A DNA stretch of 64,000 bases from Bacteroidota bacterium (GCA_947457395.1 CANGVA010000003.1:2063-66062), one strand, 5' to 3'; counted from the stretch's first letter, positions 44,113 through 54,853 are shown. Notes: generated by a model from the sequence alone, not told the origin. A program made the numbers and translations.

Positions 44113-45111
44113 TTAAAAACCCGGAAACAATCCATCCGCATCGTCCTCCTCTCCGTTTTTACTTGTTTTAAATGCATTGCGCATATTGTTTAATGCAGGG
44201 AGCCAAATAATACCAGCCTGAATCAATATGGTTGGATGGGTATCGGCACGATAATAAGTTTCTCCATCTCTGTTTCCATCTTCGGTAAAAGTAATTCGTT
44301 GTTTAGTTATTAGGTAAATACCCGCCTGAAGCCGAAGGTTGTTTTTTGCCTTGTAAATGCCTGCCATACCTGTTTGTAAAGAGCGTAACCTATGCACAGC
44401 AATGCTTGCAGCAGTGCCAGCAAAATAATTTCTGTTCTCAAAACGGTTGATGCCACCATTGGGTCGCATCAGCAATACAAGGCTCCATTGCTTGCTTAAT
44501 GGTTGCCTGTAGGAAAGTTGCATAGGCAATAATACTGATAAGCGTGAACCACTTGAAAACTGATAACATGCACCTAATAGGGGCAAGGCAAGTCCTTCGC
44601 CAAACTGAAATGTATAAGTCATGCCTGACTGTGTAAGTAGTTTGGGCGACCATCTATAGGAGTATATAAAAACAGAGCTAAAACGCATGGTAGGGTTTGA
44701 AATGGTAAACTCATCTTCATTCCATTGCGGTCTGATTTGTGCTAGCAACATATGTTTATTGCCAAAACCTGCATACCCTCCAACTCCTGCACCTGCATTG
44801 ATGAGCAAACGTGATTGCTGCACAAGGCTGATATCTGCCTTGCTCAGTTGCAGTATAGGGTTTAAAAAGAATCCTAAGTTAGTGGTGTTTTCTGATCCTG
44901 TTGCCTTAGACCATATAGGTATCAATGCACCCACTTGCAGTGCTTGGTAGGCAAATGTTTGTTCTGCGCTGTCTTTTGCAGCAGTTATGCTGCGATTACC
45001 ATATTCTAGCTGAATGCGGGTAAAGTTAAAACGGCCGGTTTCCCTGCTTTGTGCTGAAGTGAAACCAAGCAACACGGTTTGAGAAAGTATAATTGAGAAG
45101 AATTTAAGCAT
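44113..45111 (-). CDS. Hypothetical outer-membrane beta-barrel protein
   Basis: Signal peptide ...GFTSA|Q. Amphipathic strand pattern and a C-terminal Phe (GLFPGF). No family recognised. Confidence 0.5.
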   Translation of the reverse strand: MLKFFSIILSQTVLLGFTSAQSRETGRFNFTRIQLEYGNRSITAAKDSAEQTFAYQALQVGALIPIWSKATGSENTTNLGFFLNPILQLSKADISLVQQSRLLINAGAGVGGYAGFGNKHMLLAQIRPQWNEDEFTISNPTMRFSSVFIYSYRWSPKLLTQSGMTYTFQFGEGLALPLLGACYQFSSGSRLSVLLPMQLSYRQPLSKQWSLVLLMRPNGGINRFENRNYFAGTAASIAVHRLRSLQTGMAGIYKAKNNLRLQAGIYLITKQRITFTEDGNRDGETYYRADTHPTILIQAGIIWLPALNNMRNAFKTSKNGEEDDADGLFPGF

Positions 45112-45185
45112 TTATTTAATGTAGCAGTGCGAATATTCAAATATTTATTTATTAAATTCGGATTTAATTAACAACCAGGCTTACT

Positions 45186-48100
45186 ATGAAAAACACCTTA
45201 CTAACCTTAGCTATTCTTACTGTATGCATACAGCATGCGGGCGCACAAGTGCATAGCACCCCTGTGCAGATAATTAATAACCTGCAGCACCAGCGCGTAT
45301 GGAATGCACAAACACCAGCCGGTGCTTTTGGTAAAACCACCAACTGTGGGCCTGATACGGTAAACTATACCTTTAATAAAACTACGCAGTTTAACGCCAT
45401 TGCATTAAACAATACAACCAGTGGAAATACATTTTATCAGTGGTATCCTGCGCCACAATCCTTAACCATTAATGGGTTTGATTTTTATGCCTGGCAATCG
45501 GCCAATACCAATGCTGTGGTGCCTATTACCTGCAGGATTTACAGTGCAAGTATTATCGACTCTTTACCCGCATATTCCGGAACACCGCCTACAACTAATC
45601 CACCACTGGCTACGGTTATTGTGAATGTTGACTCAACTTTTGGTGGCGGTTTGTTGTCTAATTTGCGCAGAAGAGCAGTATTTAGTGTACCTGTAACAGT
45701 AACCGGTCCGTATATCATCAGCATAGAAAATAGCAGTGCAACAAACGTTTCTGTTATCACAAACAGTTGGACAGCAGGAAACGGTGCAAGTGAGTGGCTA
45801 AGTTCAGTTAGAATTGGAACTAATATTATCAGAAGTTATAATGTTAATGTAGGTGGTCCGGTTTTCAATGCTGATTTTATTTTCTGTCCATACACCAGCT
45901 ATTCACTCACGTCTGATTTCACGGTATCACCGGCATGTAATCAGGGAGGAAACCTTATGACCTACACCAATACTTCATCTCCAATAAATTTTAACAGATT
46001 TTATAGTTTAAGGGCATTTCAAAATCTACCTCAATTTATGTTTACCTGGGATTATGGTGATTCATCGGGAACGTTTTTTGCTGTGAACGGATCACGCACA
46101 TATAATTACCGTGTGCCATATACAGTAAGTTTAAAAGATTCAATTATTGGCTGGACAAGAGGCTGTGTTGATACAAGAACCAGGCTAATCAATCCGGCTC
46201 CGTCAACGCCAAATGCTACCAATAACGGGCCTTTATGTCAGGGAGCAACTTTACAACTTACTGCAGACTCAATTCCGGGCGCAACATATTACTGGACCGG
46301 TCCTAATAATTTTACATCCACGCTTCGTAATCCAAGCATTGCAGGGGTAACATCTTTGCAGGTCGGCACTTATAACGTAAGAGCCATTTCCGGGCAATGC
46401 TCATCTATGGTTGCTTCTACCAATTTCGGTATCATCGCTACACCAAATGTGCAAAGCAACTCGCCACTTTGCGTTGGTCAAACTCTTAACCTAGCTGCTA
46501 CGGCTATTACAGGTGCCGTTTATGCATGGAGTGGACCAAACGGATTTACATCTGCACTTTCAAATCCGAGTAAAGCCAATATGCAGCGCTCGGATACCGG
46601 CACATATAGCGTTACCATGACGGTTCCCGGTTGCGGAAACATTGGGCCTTTCTCAACGTATGTTTCGGTAAATCCGGTGCCACCAACACCAACGGCAAGC
46701 AACAATGGTCCTCTTTGTGCAGGTGATAACCTAAACTTAACGGCAAGTAGTTTTGCAGGAGGCAGCTATGCATGGACCGGCCCTAATGGATTTAGTTCAA
46801 CACAACAAAACCCCAGCAGGCCAAATGTTACCACTCTCATGGCAGGATCTTATTCGGTTACCTTAACCGCCAATGGATGTTCATCCCCTTCGGTATCAAC
46901 CACAGTTAATATAAACAATATACCTGCTGCGCCAACTGCAGGTAGCAACGGGCCTTTATGTGCAGGTCAGTCGCTGAGTTTAACGGCCACTTCTATTCCA
47001 GGAGCAACGTATACTTGGAGCGGCCCCAATAATTTTAGTTCCACTTCACAAAATCCAACCCGTACCAATGTAGGTACAATTGATGGCGGTGTATACAGTG
47101 TGTTTGCAACCGTTAACGGATGTCCATCAGCAACGGCAACCATTACGGTAAACATAACTACCAATACTCCAACACCTGTTGCGGGTAGCAATGGTCCATT
47201 GTGCCCAGGACAAAATTTACAACTTACCGCATCTAATATTACTGGAGCAACCTATAGCTGGACAGGTCCAAATAGTTTCACATCAAACCTGCAAAATCCG
47301 GTTATTAATAATGTAACTGCTGGTCAGGCGGGGTTATATAGTGTTACGGCCACTACATCAGGTTGCGGAACATCTAGCCCTGGAACGGTAAATATTGCAG
47401 TTAATACATTACCGGCAGCACCAACGGTTTCAAATAATGGTCCTTTATGTGATGGTCAAAATATCAACCTAACAGCCTCAACTGTTACCGGAGGATCATA
47501 CAACTGGAGTGGCCCTAATGGTTTTTCATCAACTGCTCAAAATCCTATTATAACCAATGCCAGTTCATTAAAAGCAGGTAACTATTCTGTTTCAGTAACT
47601 GTTGCCGGTTGCGGCACATCGCCTGTAGCCAATACAAATGTTATTGTAAGAAGAAATCCTTCACAACCGACAATTACTGCAAATAATCAGGTTTGTGCAG
47701 GAGATACCTTAAGGTTCTCCGCATTAAGTAGCACGGCAGGACCCAATGCAACTTATTCATGGAGTGGCCCTGGTGGATATACCTCAAGTAATAGAACCAA
47801 TGAAATTGCAAATGTTTCGGCAGCTGCCAATGCAGGCACGTATAGTGCTATTGCATCTGATTCAGGCTGCAGCTCACCACCAGCTTCGGTAACGGTTTCT
47901 GTTAAAGCCCTGCCTGCAACGCCTGTTGCCAGCAACGGAGGTAATGTATGTGAGGGGGCCAATATCAATTTATTTTCAACAACCATTGCAGGTGCAACCT
48001 ATAAATGGATTGGTCCAAACGGTTTTAGTTCAGGTGCCGAAGATCCAATTATTATTGGCGTTACACCAGCTGCATCCGGTTCTTATACCGTTCAATCAGT

Positions 48101-49184
48101 TGTAAATGGTTGCGCATCTGCTCCTGCCAGCACATCTGTTTTGGTTAATCCTAAACCTGCATCACCAACCGCAGGTAACAACGGGCCAAAGTGCACCGGT
48201 GATAACCTTTCACTTACTGCCTCTGCCATAACCGGTGCAAGCTATAGTTGGAGTGGCCCCGGAGGTTATTCATCAAATCAGCAAAATCCTGTATTAACAA
48301 ATATCACTACTGCCTTGGCCGGCACATACAGTGTGGTAGCAATTGTAAGTGGTTGCGTTTCCGGTGCATCAACAACAGATATTGTGGTAGGTACACCGCT
48401 GCCTGCTCCAACCCTTAGTAATGATAAAGGCTCACAATTAATTTGTGCCGGAGATAGTATTCAGTTTTTTGCAACATTTGTAAGCGGTGCAACTTATGAA
48501 TGGACTGGCCCTGCAGGTTTTCAGTCCGCACTTAATAATCCTAAAATTACCAATTTAACTCCGGCTAATTCAGGAACATACAATGCAGTAGTGAACAAAA
48601 ACGGATGCGCTTCTGCACAGGGCAGTATAGCAATTAATGTAAACAGCAGGCCAAATACAAGTGCAATATCCGGTCCGGATACAGTTAGAAACTTCGAAAC
48701 ACAAACAACGTTTTCTGTAACACCAACAACAGGCTCCATTTACCAATGGAGTGTAACAGGAGGCGGAGTTATTTTCAGCGGCCAAAACACCAGTCAGATA
48801 AAAGTAAATTGGGGTGCAGTAAACAACGCCCAGGTTAAAGTTACAGAAACAAATATTGGTGGCTGCAAGGGAACAGAAAAAGTTCAGAATGTGCGGGTGA
48901 AATCAACTGTGGGTGTGGCTGAGTTGAAGAAAACCGCACAGCCTAAAATTTATCCTAACCCTGCAAATAATGATTTGTATGTGGAGATAGAAGCAAAACA
49001 AAAATCTACATTGAGCATCAATATCCTGAATTTAGTTGGACAGGTAGTGGAACACCTAGATGCAGTTTCGGTTCAGGGATTAAATAAATTACATCTCGAT
49101 ACGCAACACCTGAAGGCGGGAATTTACTTTGTGCAGGTAATGCTGGGAGAGGAAACCTTTACTCAGAAAATAACCATTCAGTAA
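45186..49184 (+). CDS. 1332-aa T9SS-secreted surface protein with ten Ig-like roughly 78-aa tandem repeats
   Basis: Signal peptide ...HAGA|Q. The repeat motif is NNGPLC.G..L.LTA....GA.Y.W.GPN.F.S..QNP.......G.Y.V.....GC.S. The C-terminus KIYPNPANNDLYVEIE...GIYFVQVMLGEETFTQKITIQ is a T9SS type-A CTD. Confidence 0.85.
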   Translation: MKNTLLTLAILTVCIQHAGAQVHSTPVQIINNLQHQRVWNAQTPAGAFGKTTNCGPDTVNYTFNKTTQFNAIALNNTTSGNTFYQWYPAPQSLTINGFDFYAWQSANTNAVVPITCRIYSASIIDSLPAYSGTPPTTNPPLATVIVNVDSTFGGGLLSNLRRRAVFSVPVTVTGPYIISIENSSATNVSVITNSWTAGNGASEWLSSVRIGTNIIRSYNVNVGGPVFNADFIFCPYTSYSLTSDFTVSPACNQGGNLMTYTNTSSPINFNRFYSLRAFQNLPQFMFTWDYGDSSGTFFAVNGSRTYNYRVPYTVSLKDSIIGWTRGCVDTRTRLINPAPSTPNATNNGPLCQGATLQLTADSIPGATYYWTGPNNFTSTLRNPSIAGVTSLQVGTYNVRAISGQCSSMVASTNFGIIATPNVQSNSPLCVGQTLNLAATAITGAVYAWSGPNGFTSALSNPSKANMQRSDTGTYSVTMTVPGCGNIGPFSTYVSVNPVPPTPTASNNGPLCAGDNLNLTASSFAGGSYAWTGPNGFSSTQQNPSRPNVTTLMAGSYSVTLTANGCSSPSVSTTVNINNIPAAPTAGSNGPLCAGQSLSLTATSIPGATYTWSGPNNFSSTSQNPTRTNVGTIDGGVYSVFATVNGCPSATATITVNITTNTPTPVAGSNGPLCPGQNLQLTASNITGATYSWTGPNSFTSNLQNPVINNVTAGQAGLYSVTATTSGCGTSSPGTVNIAVNTLPAAPTVSNNGPLCDGQNINLTASTVTGGSYNWSGPNGFSSTAQNPIITNASSLKAGNYSVSVTVAGCGTSPVANTNVIVRRNPSQPTITANNQVCAGDTLRFSALSSTAGPNATYSWSGPGGYTSSNRTNEIANVSAAANAGTYSAIASDSGCSSPPASVTVSVKALPATPVASNGGNVCEGANINLFSTTIAGATYKWIGPNGFSSGAEDPIIIGVTPAASGSYTVQSVVNGCASAPASTSVLVNPKPASPTAGNNGPKCTGDNLSLTASAITGASYSWSGPGGYSSNQQNPVLTNITTALAGTYSVVAIVSGCVSGASTTDIVVGTPLPAPTLSNDKGSQLICAGDSIQFFATFVSGATYEWTGPAGFQSALNNPKITNLTPANSGTYNAVVNKNGCASAQGSIAINVNSRPNTSAISGPDTVRNFETQTTFSVTPTTGSIYQWSVTGGGVIFSGQNTSQIKVNWGAVNNAQVKVTETNIGGCKGTEKVQNVRVKSTVGVAELKKTAQPKIYPNPANNDLYVEIEAKQKSTLSINILNLVGQVVEHLDAVSVQGLNKLHLDTQHLKAGIYFVQVMLGEETFTQKITIQ
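46221..48640 (+). repeat. Ten in-frame tandem repeats of about 234 bp encoding the Cys-containing Ig-like modules
   Basis: Repeat 1 (NNGPLCQGATLQL) starts at 46221, repeat 2 (SNSPLCVGQTLNL) at 46455. The period is about 234 bp and the copies are diverged at the DNA level. Confidence 0.85.
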
Positions 49185-49204
49185 TTATTCTGTATGGTTA
49201 AATT

Positions 49205-49240
49205 AAAGGAGGACTGCTATGCTGTTCTCCTTTTTTATTT
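49205..49240 (+). terminator. Weak Rho-independent terminator after the 1332-aa gene
   Basis: AAAGGAG (49205-49211) pairs with CTCCTTT (49227-49233), followed by TTTTTTATTT. The 15-nt loop makes this a modest call. Confidence 0.35.
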
Positions 49241-49302
49241 ACAGGGCTGTCATTTTTTATTTCGTTTCCTTTTTATATGTTTACGAACTAAGTTTAATTA
49301 CA

Positions 49303-49947
49303 GTGAGTAGTTTTTGGGATTTGTTTAAACCACAGGAGTTGATTGAGTACGGAGGTCTTGCCCTTGTTCTTATCATTATTTTTCTGGAGAACGGTGTGTT
49401 TTTCGGATTTTTTCTTCCGGGAGATTCGCTCCTTTTCACAGCTGGTTTGCTTTGTTTTCCCGGTGAAAATCAGTTGTTACACACCGAACTTAGCACCTTG
49501 ATTGCAGGTATAGCTGTAAGTGCTGTGTTGGGGTATTATTTTGGATATTTTTTTGGGTATAAAACCGGGCAAGCCTTATACAAAAGAAAAGACTCCTTAT
49601 TTTTTAAGAAACAATACATCATTACAGCAGAGAAATTTTACCAAAAATACGGTGGTTTTGCCCTGATATTGGGCCGCTTCTTACCCATTGTTCGAACCTT
49701 TGCTCCCATACTTGCGGGTGTGGTTCGCGTTAATCATGCTACGTTTTTTCTTTATAACATAACAGGGGCGGTGTTGTGGCCACTCACCATTGTTAGTGCT
49801 GGTTATTATGTGGGGAGCGTTTTCCCGGGAGCACTGCAGTATCTGGATTACATTGTGATTGCTTTTATCGTGGTAACTAGCATACCAATCATTAACAATA
49901 TCAGGCAGCAGCGCAAAGAAAAGAAGGAAAGCGAAAGAGAGGTTTAG
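49303..49947 (+). CDS. DedA/VTT-family membrane protein
   Basis: FLENGVFFGFFLPGDSLLFTAG signature. The GTG at 49303 is preferred as the start because the ATG at 49219 sits inside the upstream terminator hairpin. The start remains uncertain. Confidence 0.75.
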   Translation: MSSFWDLFKPQELIEYGGLALVLIIIFLENGVFFGFFLPGDSLLFTAGLLCFPGENQLLHTELSTLIAGIAVSAVLGYYFGYFFGYKTGQALYKRKDSLFFKKQYIITAEKFYQKYGGFALILGRFLPIVRTFAPILAGVVRVNHATFFLYNITGAVLWPLTIVSAGYYVGSVFPGALQYLDYIVIAFIVVTSIPIINNIRQQRKEKKESEREV

Positions 49948-49948
49948 T

Positions 49949-50773
49949 TTATTTCCAAGCCTTTACAATTAAACCGGTTCCGGTTTTATGATTGCCATAA
50001 GTATCCATCCAGTTTAAAACATATGCAACCGGATAAGTTATCAAATAATACAGCGGTAGTATTACAAAAAATAGTTTGGTAGCGTTTAACATCTGCATCG
50101 GGTATTTCATACTTAGTTTCCATGCTATTTTCCCCGGAGTTCCGTAGCTGTATTTGATATCTATTTTTTCAAATCCGGCTTTTATCAACTTTTCACGCAT
50201 TTCTTCAACCGGATATCCATCACGCACATGCTCACCAATAAATGATTCGCCATGTTCATCGGCATTGCTGCCACCCTGGTCGCTGGGGGTGGAAATGAGA
50301 AGCATGGCACCGGGTTTCATACTTTTATTAAAATGTGTAAATACATCTACATCTTCTAAAATATGCTCCATTACATCTACGCACAAAATCAAATCATATT
50401 TATTGGTTGCATGCGGTTTGGTTAAATCGCCAAAAGCAAAGGTTACATTATTTAAACCACATTTGCTGAAGAATGCATTACAATCTTTAATCTGCTCTTC
50501 TTTTACATCTACTGCGTCAATGGTGCACTGACGATTGCGATTGGCAATGTAAAAGGAATATTGACCAAAGCCGCTGCCCGCATCCATCATGGTAAATGCC
50601 TGTTTAAATATTGGCCAGGCTTTCAATTCTTTATGCACGTGCCAGGTGCGAAGCAATAATAAGTCAAGTAGCTTATAAAATAACTTGCGTAATGCCACTG
50701 ATTGATTAAACACTTTACCAAGGTCGTTTTTTATAGGATCGTATTCCATGTAGGTTTTAGAAATTTCGGGCAA
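49949..50773 (-). CDS. Class I SAM-dependent methyltransferase
   Basis: Motif I MMDAGSGFGQYS and post-I DAVDV. Methyltransf_11/25-like size. Substrate unknown. Confidence 0.7.
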   Translation of the reverse strand: MPEISKTYMEYDPIKNDLGKVFNQSVALRKLFYKLLDLLLLRTWHVHKELKAWPIFKQAFTMMDAGSGFGQYSFYIANRNRQCTIDAVDVKEEQIKDCNAFFSKCGLNNVTFAFGDLTKPHATNKYDLILCVDVMEHILEDVDVFTHFNKSMKPGAMLLISTPSDQGGSNADEHGESFIGEHVRDGYPVEEMREKLIKAGFEKIDIKYSYGTPGKIAWKLSMKYPMQMLNATKLFFVILPLYYLITYPVAYVLNWMDTYGNHKTGTGLIVKAWK

Positions 50774-50866
50774 TATATCATTTATGCCTATAAAAAAGCA
50801 ATATAGCTCTCGTTAGGGGCTAAATTCAAAGGCATGAAATTGATGTTAAACTTAAACAATAATGGA

Positions 50867-53800
50867 TTAGTCACCAACAAGATGTTTAACGGTGTATTCC
50901 TCGTTTCCGTCATTAATCCATACAAAATACATTCCTTTTGCCAATTGGTTTGGCAAGCTTAGTTTTTCATATGGAGAGAGTTTGAGTTCATTGCCAACCT
51001 GTTTACCATCTACTGAATATATTTTGACACCTATTATGTTATTGAATGGATTTACAAGTACAATATTGCCATTTGATGGGTTAGGTGATACAAATATATG
51101 TTTCTTAGCGGATGATTCATTGATTCCAACATTGGTTGATGGCTGAATAATGGTGAGCGTTTGCTGCAACGTACCCGCAGAAAATGTGATGGTAGATTGC
51201 CTGGTGGTTCCTGTATTATTCCTTTCGGCAACAATTACATCTAAAGGATTAATGCCTGCACTGCCTGAGGTTTTATCCAGGTAATACCAATTATGCTGAC
51301 TGGTTGATGTCCAGTTTAAATTGGTTTCAAGTAATAATGGGAATGTCTCCTGAAGTGTATTTGACAATGTGATTGAACTCTTATCCAATAACAATGCTTG
51401 TGCTTCAATACCGATATTTTGCTCGGCAGTATCACCTTTGCAGCCAACAGAATCGGTTTCAACAACTCTGATTAAACCTGCTCCTGCTGCACCCCATCTA
51501 ACGGTTATAGAAGCGGTATTGTTTCCAGACATCTGCGTTCCATTTGACAACAGCCATGTGTAAGTTGATAAAGGCTTTGATGTTACATCATAAGCATGCG
51601 TGGTTCCTGAAACAACCAAAGTATTACCAGTTATGCCAATGCCGGCAGGCTTAGGGTTAATTTTTACCTGTATCACATTAGATGTATCACGGCACCCGGA
51701 TGTGCTGGTTCCTACTAATGAGTAAGCCGCTGATGAGGTAACAGTATAAGAAGCACTGCTGATTAATGGAATAATCAAACTACCATTTCTTAACCATCTG
51801 TATGAATTCAATGGTGTGTTAGCACTATCGGTATAATAAAGCAAAGTGGTTTGCCCGGTGCATAATTGTGTGCCTCCTATATCTGCTATTTGAATATTTG
51901 GAGTGATGCCCTTTAAAATGCTTCGAGCAGAAGTAGATGTGCAACCTGAGGTATTGGTAAAAACCACTTCGTACCTGCCACTATCTTTTGCAAAATAAAA
52001 AGTATCTGTAGCTCCCGGTATAAAATTACCCTTGAATTTCCATTGGTAAGTAACTGTACCTAATGGTCTAGGAATTCGTAATAACAAACTATCATTGTTG
52101 CAAATAACCGATGAGGATGCTTGAATAGAAAAAGCAGTTGGGTTGCTATTAATTGTAACTTGTATGGTTTTTGAGGTATCAATACATCCAAAGATATTGG
52201 TAACAACTGATTTGTACTGCCCTGTTTGAGTTACTGTTAATGAATCTGTTCTGGGAGTTAAAAGCAGGTTGTTTCTAAGCCATCTGATATTTGTAACCAA
52301 AGCACCAGAATCAACTGATAAAATGATAGAAGAAGGATTACCCGAACAAAAACTAGTATCGGTTGCAGGTTTTAAATTAGCTAAAGATTTGGGGTTAACA
52401 GTTATTTGAATAGCCGCAGAGGTATCTGCGCAGCTTAAAGTATTATTCTGAACAACCGCTCTGTATGAACCTGAGTTTACTGATTTAATGTTCCAGCTAT
52501 TTGAGTTTACTACAGGTGCGTTATTTAATAACCATTGATAAGAATATTCATTCCCTCTTTGGGTAAAGAGCTGAATGGTATCTCCTGAACATAAAGGCTT
52601 GTTGTGCGTAAAAGTAGTTAGTGCTTTACATGTATTCATTAATACTGCCAGCCTACCTGTTTGTTGATTGTCTATACTATCTAAGAAGCCTGATAATATT
52701 AATATTTCATAGTTTGCATCTTTATAAACCTTAGTAACAATTCGGTTAGAAACTCTGGAAGGCACCGTGTTTCCTGTTGAGGTTAAAAAGCAAGTAACAT
52801 AACGTGTGTTTTGTGCAGCTATGTTGGTAAAATCACCTCCAACAAACAGTGAGTCGCCTAACAATGCCATTGAATTTATTTTGGCATTGGCATTTGGATT
52901 CCAAGCATTGGCATTTCCGCTAGTCAAATCTATTTCCGCTAACCTGTTTCTAATGGCACCGCCAATACTGGTATAATTTCCACCTACAAAAGCACTGTTG
53001 TTTTTAAGTACCAATGAGCTGATTTCAGCATTGGCATTGGGATTCCAAGAATAAACAGTTGCTGAATTTATATTAAATGAGGCAATATTGTTTCTGGTTA
53101 TTCCGCCTATCAAAGTAAACGCACCAACGCAATATGCAGTATCGTTTCTAAATGAGATATCATTAATTCTGTTATTTGTATTTAGTGTAAAAGCATCTAC
53201 ATTATTAGTTGCCAAATTAATAACTGCAAAATCTGAACGTGAAATACTATTGATGGTAGAAAAGTTACCTGAAACATATAATTTGTTTTGATAATGTTTT
53301 AGAAGCGTAATATTAGAAACATTGCTTAACGAAAGTGTTGTGGAAGATCCATCTGAAATTCTTAACCCTCTAAGTTGATTGGTTGGGCTGCCTTCAATAA
53401 TAAATAGAATTGAGTCGTTGGCATCCATGGCAGTAACAGCAGAAGTAGTAGTGCCATTCCAATTGTATTTTAATTGTCCGTTTACACCATCTAATGCCGC
53501 TAAACCGTTTACAAATTTACCCCCTGCAGAACTAAAGCTACCTGCAATAATACTCTTACCTAACGAATCAATATACACATCATGCAGAGTGGTAGAAGAT
53601 ACCGCTATCTGATTGTTAGTTAAATAACTACCCGTACGGCTAAATACTTTGATTCCTTCTAAAAATGGACCTGTAAAATATAGCCTGTTGGCATATTCAC
53701 GAATATTAAATACAGATGTCATTTCTTGAGCAGAAGGGATGGAGAAGCTGGTAACGGTACCTGCTAAAGCAGTGTCAATTGCAAAAACGCTTTTTCTGCT

Positions 53801-54694
53801 ATTGGCATTAACTGTGGTAAAAACGCCCCCTACAAACAGTGTTCCTTGACTAAAATGCAAACAGGTTACACTAGCATCTGTGTTGGCTGTAAATCCTGTA
53901 GCCACCCCTGTTATTAAATTAACACAGGCCAGCCTAGACCTAGATGTAGAACCAACCGTTGAAAAATCGCCACCAATGTATATTTTATTGTCAACTGGTG
54001 CCATTGCTAAAACGGCTTGATTCACATTTGGGTTCCATGCAGATGCGTTTCCTGTGGTTATATCCAATTCCGCCAAACGGTTTCTGTTTTGGCCACCAAT
54101 ATTGGTAAATGTGCCGCCAACGTACATTTTGTTATTGTAAACACTCATTACATTTACATCATTGTTTGCGTTTGGATTCCAGTTGGTGATATTTCCATTG
54201 GTATCAATAGCGCATATCCTAGATCGTGTAGTGCTATTTACAGTAGTAAAACTTCCGCCAATAAAAAGGGTGTGGTTATAAAAAACCATATCTCGAATGG
54301 TGCCGCCACTAATGGTAGGATTCCATGCATGCAAAGTGCCATCTGCATTGATGCGAGCCAAGCCACTTCTGTTTTGATTGTCAATTTGCGTAAAGGTACC
54401 TGCAATATACCAACCCCCATTTCCATCACCAATTACACGCAAAACAGTTCCATTAGGTTTAGCAAAGGTATAGGCAGGTTCATTGGTGTTTGTGTTGTAT
54501 GAAGCTAAATTTTTGTTTTGAGGACCTATATAGGTAAAGCTACCACCAATGAAAATTGTATTCTCCTTTCTTACAATTGAGCTCACTTGGCCATTTGGCT
54601 GCCACCAATTTTGCTGCAGCTTTAATGAGGCTTGAGCTACTATATTTCCAATTAAGGTGAATAAAAGGACAAAAGTTAAAATCAACTTTTTCAT
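50867..54694 (-). CDS. 1275-aa T9SS-secreted protein: N-terminal multi-blade beta-propeller repeats, then Ig-like modules, then the T9SS CTD
   Basis: Signal peptide ...NIVA|Q. At least 10 repeats of the form GG.FT.IGG..RN.LA..D..TG....WNPNAN..V (delta-60/DUF5122-like propeller repeats, from memory). The C-terminus VSPNPSNGNIVLVNP...GMYFVWINDGNEEYTVKHLVGD is a T9SS CTD. Confidence 0.85.
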   Translation of the reverse strand: MKKLILTFVLLFTLIGNIVAQASLKLQQNWWQPNGQVSSIVRKENTIFIGGSFTYIGPQNKNLASYNTNTNEPAYTFAKPNGTVLRVIGDGNGGWYIAGTFTQIDNQNRSGLARINADGTLHAWNPTISGGTIRDMVFYNHTLFIGGSFTTVNSTTRSRICAIDTNGNITNWNPNANNDVNVMSVYNNKMYVGGTFTNIGGQNRNRLAELDITTGNASAWNPNVNQAVLAMAPVDNKIYIGGDFSTVGSTSRSRLACVNLITGVATGFTANTDASVTCLHFSQGTLFVGGVFTTVNANSRKSVFAIDTALAGTVTSFSIPSAQEMTSVFNIREYANRLYFTGPFLEGIKVFSRTGSYLTNNQIAVSSTTLHDVYIDSLGKSIIAGSFSSAGGKFVNGLAALDGVNGQLKYNWNGTTTSAVTAMDANDSILFIIEGSPTNQLRGLRISDGSSTTLSLSNVSNITLLKHYQNKLYVSGNFSTINSISRSDFAVINLATNNVDAFTLNTNNRINDISFRNDTAYCVGAFTLIGGITRNNIASFNINSATVYSWNPNANAEISSLVLKNNSAFVGGNYTSIGGAIRNRLAEIDLTSGNANAWNPNANAKINSMALLGDSLFVGGDFTNIAAQNTRYVTCFLTSTGNTVPSRVSNRIVTKVYKDANYEILILSGFLDSIDNQQTGRLAVLMNTCKALTTFTHNKPLCSGDTIQLFTQRGNEYSYQWLLNNAPVVNSNSWNIKSVNSGSYRAVVQNNTLSCADTSAAIQITVNPKSLANLKPATDTSFCSGNPSSIILSVDSGALVTNIRWLRNNLLLTPRTDSLTVTQTGQYKSVVTNIFGCIDTSKTIQVTINSNPTAFSIQASSSVICNNDSLLLRIPRPLGTVTYQWKFKGNFIPGATDTFYFAKDSGRYEVVFTNTSGCTSTSARSILKGITPNIQIADIGGTQLCTGQTTLLYYTDSANTPLNSYRWLRNGSLIIPLISSASYTVTSSAAYSLVGTSTSGCRDTSNVIQVKINPKPAGIGITGNTLVVSGTTHAYDVTSKPLSTYTWLLSNGTQMSGNNTASITVRWGAAGAGLIRVVETDSVGCKGDTAEQNIGIEAQALLLDKSSITLSNTLQETFPLLLETNLNWTSTSQHNWYYLDKTSGSAGINPLDVIVAERNNTGTTRQSTITFSAGTLQQTLTIIQPSTNVGINESSAKKHIFVSPNPSNGNIVLVNPFNNIIGVKIYSVDGKQVGNELKLSPYEKLSLPNQLAKGMYFVWINDGNEEYTVKHLVGD

Positions 54695-54853
54695 AGGTTA
54701 ATGTATTAATGTTCAAATATATTTAAATTTTGAATTTCAGCTTTTACTCATTCTTTTTTTTGAAATTTTAGGCATAATCCACACCTGCCCATAACTTGTG
54801 TTTTTACACAAAAGGTTTTTGTGTTACCATTGAATCATCATAATTCTTAACAC

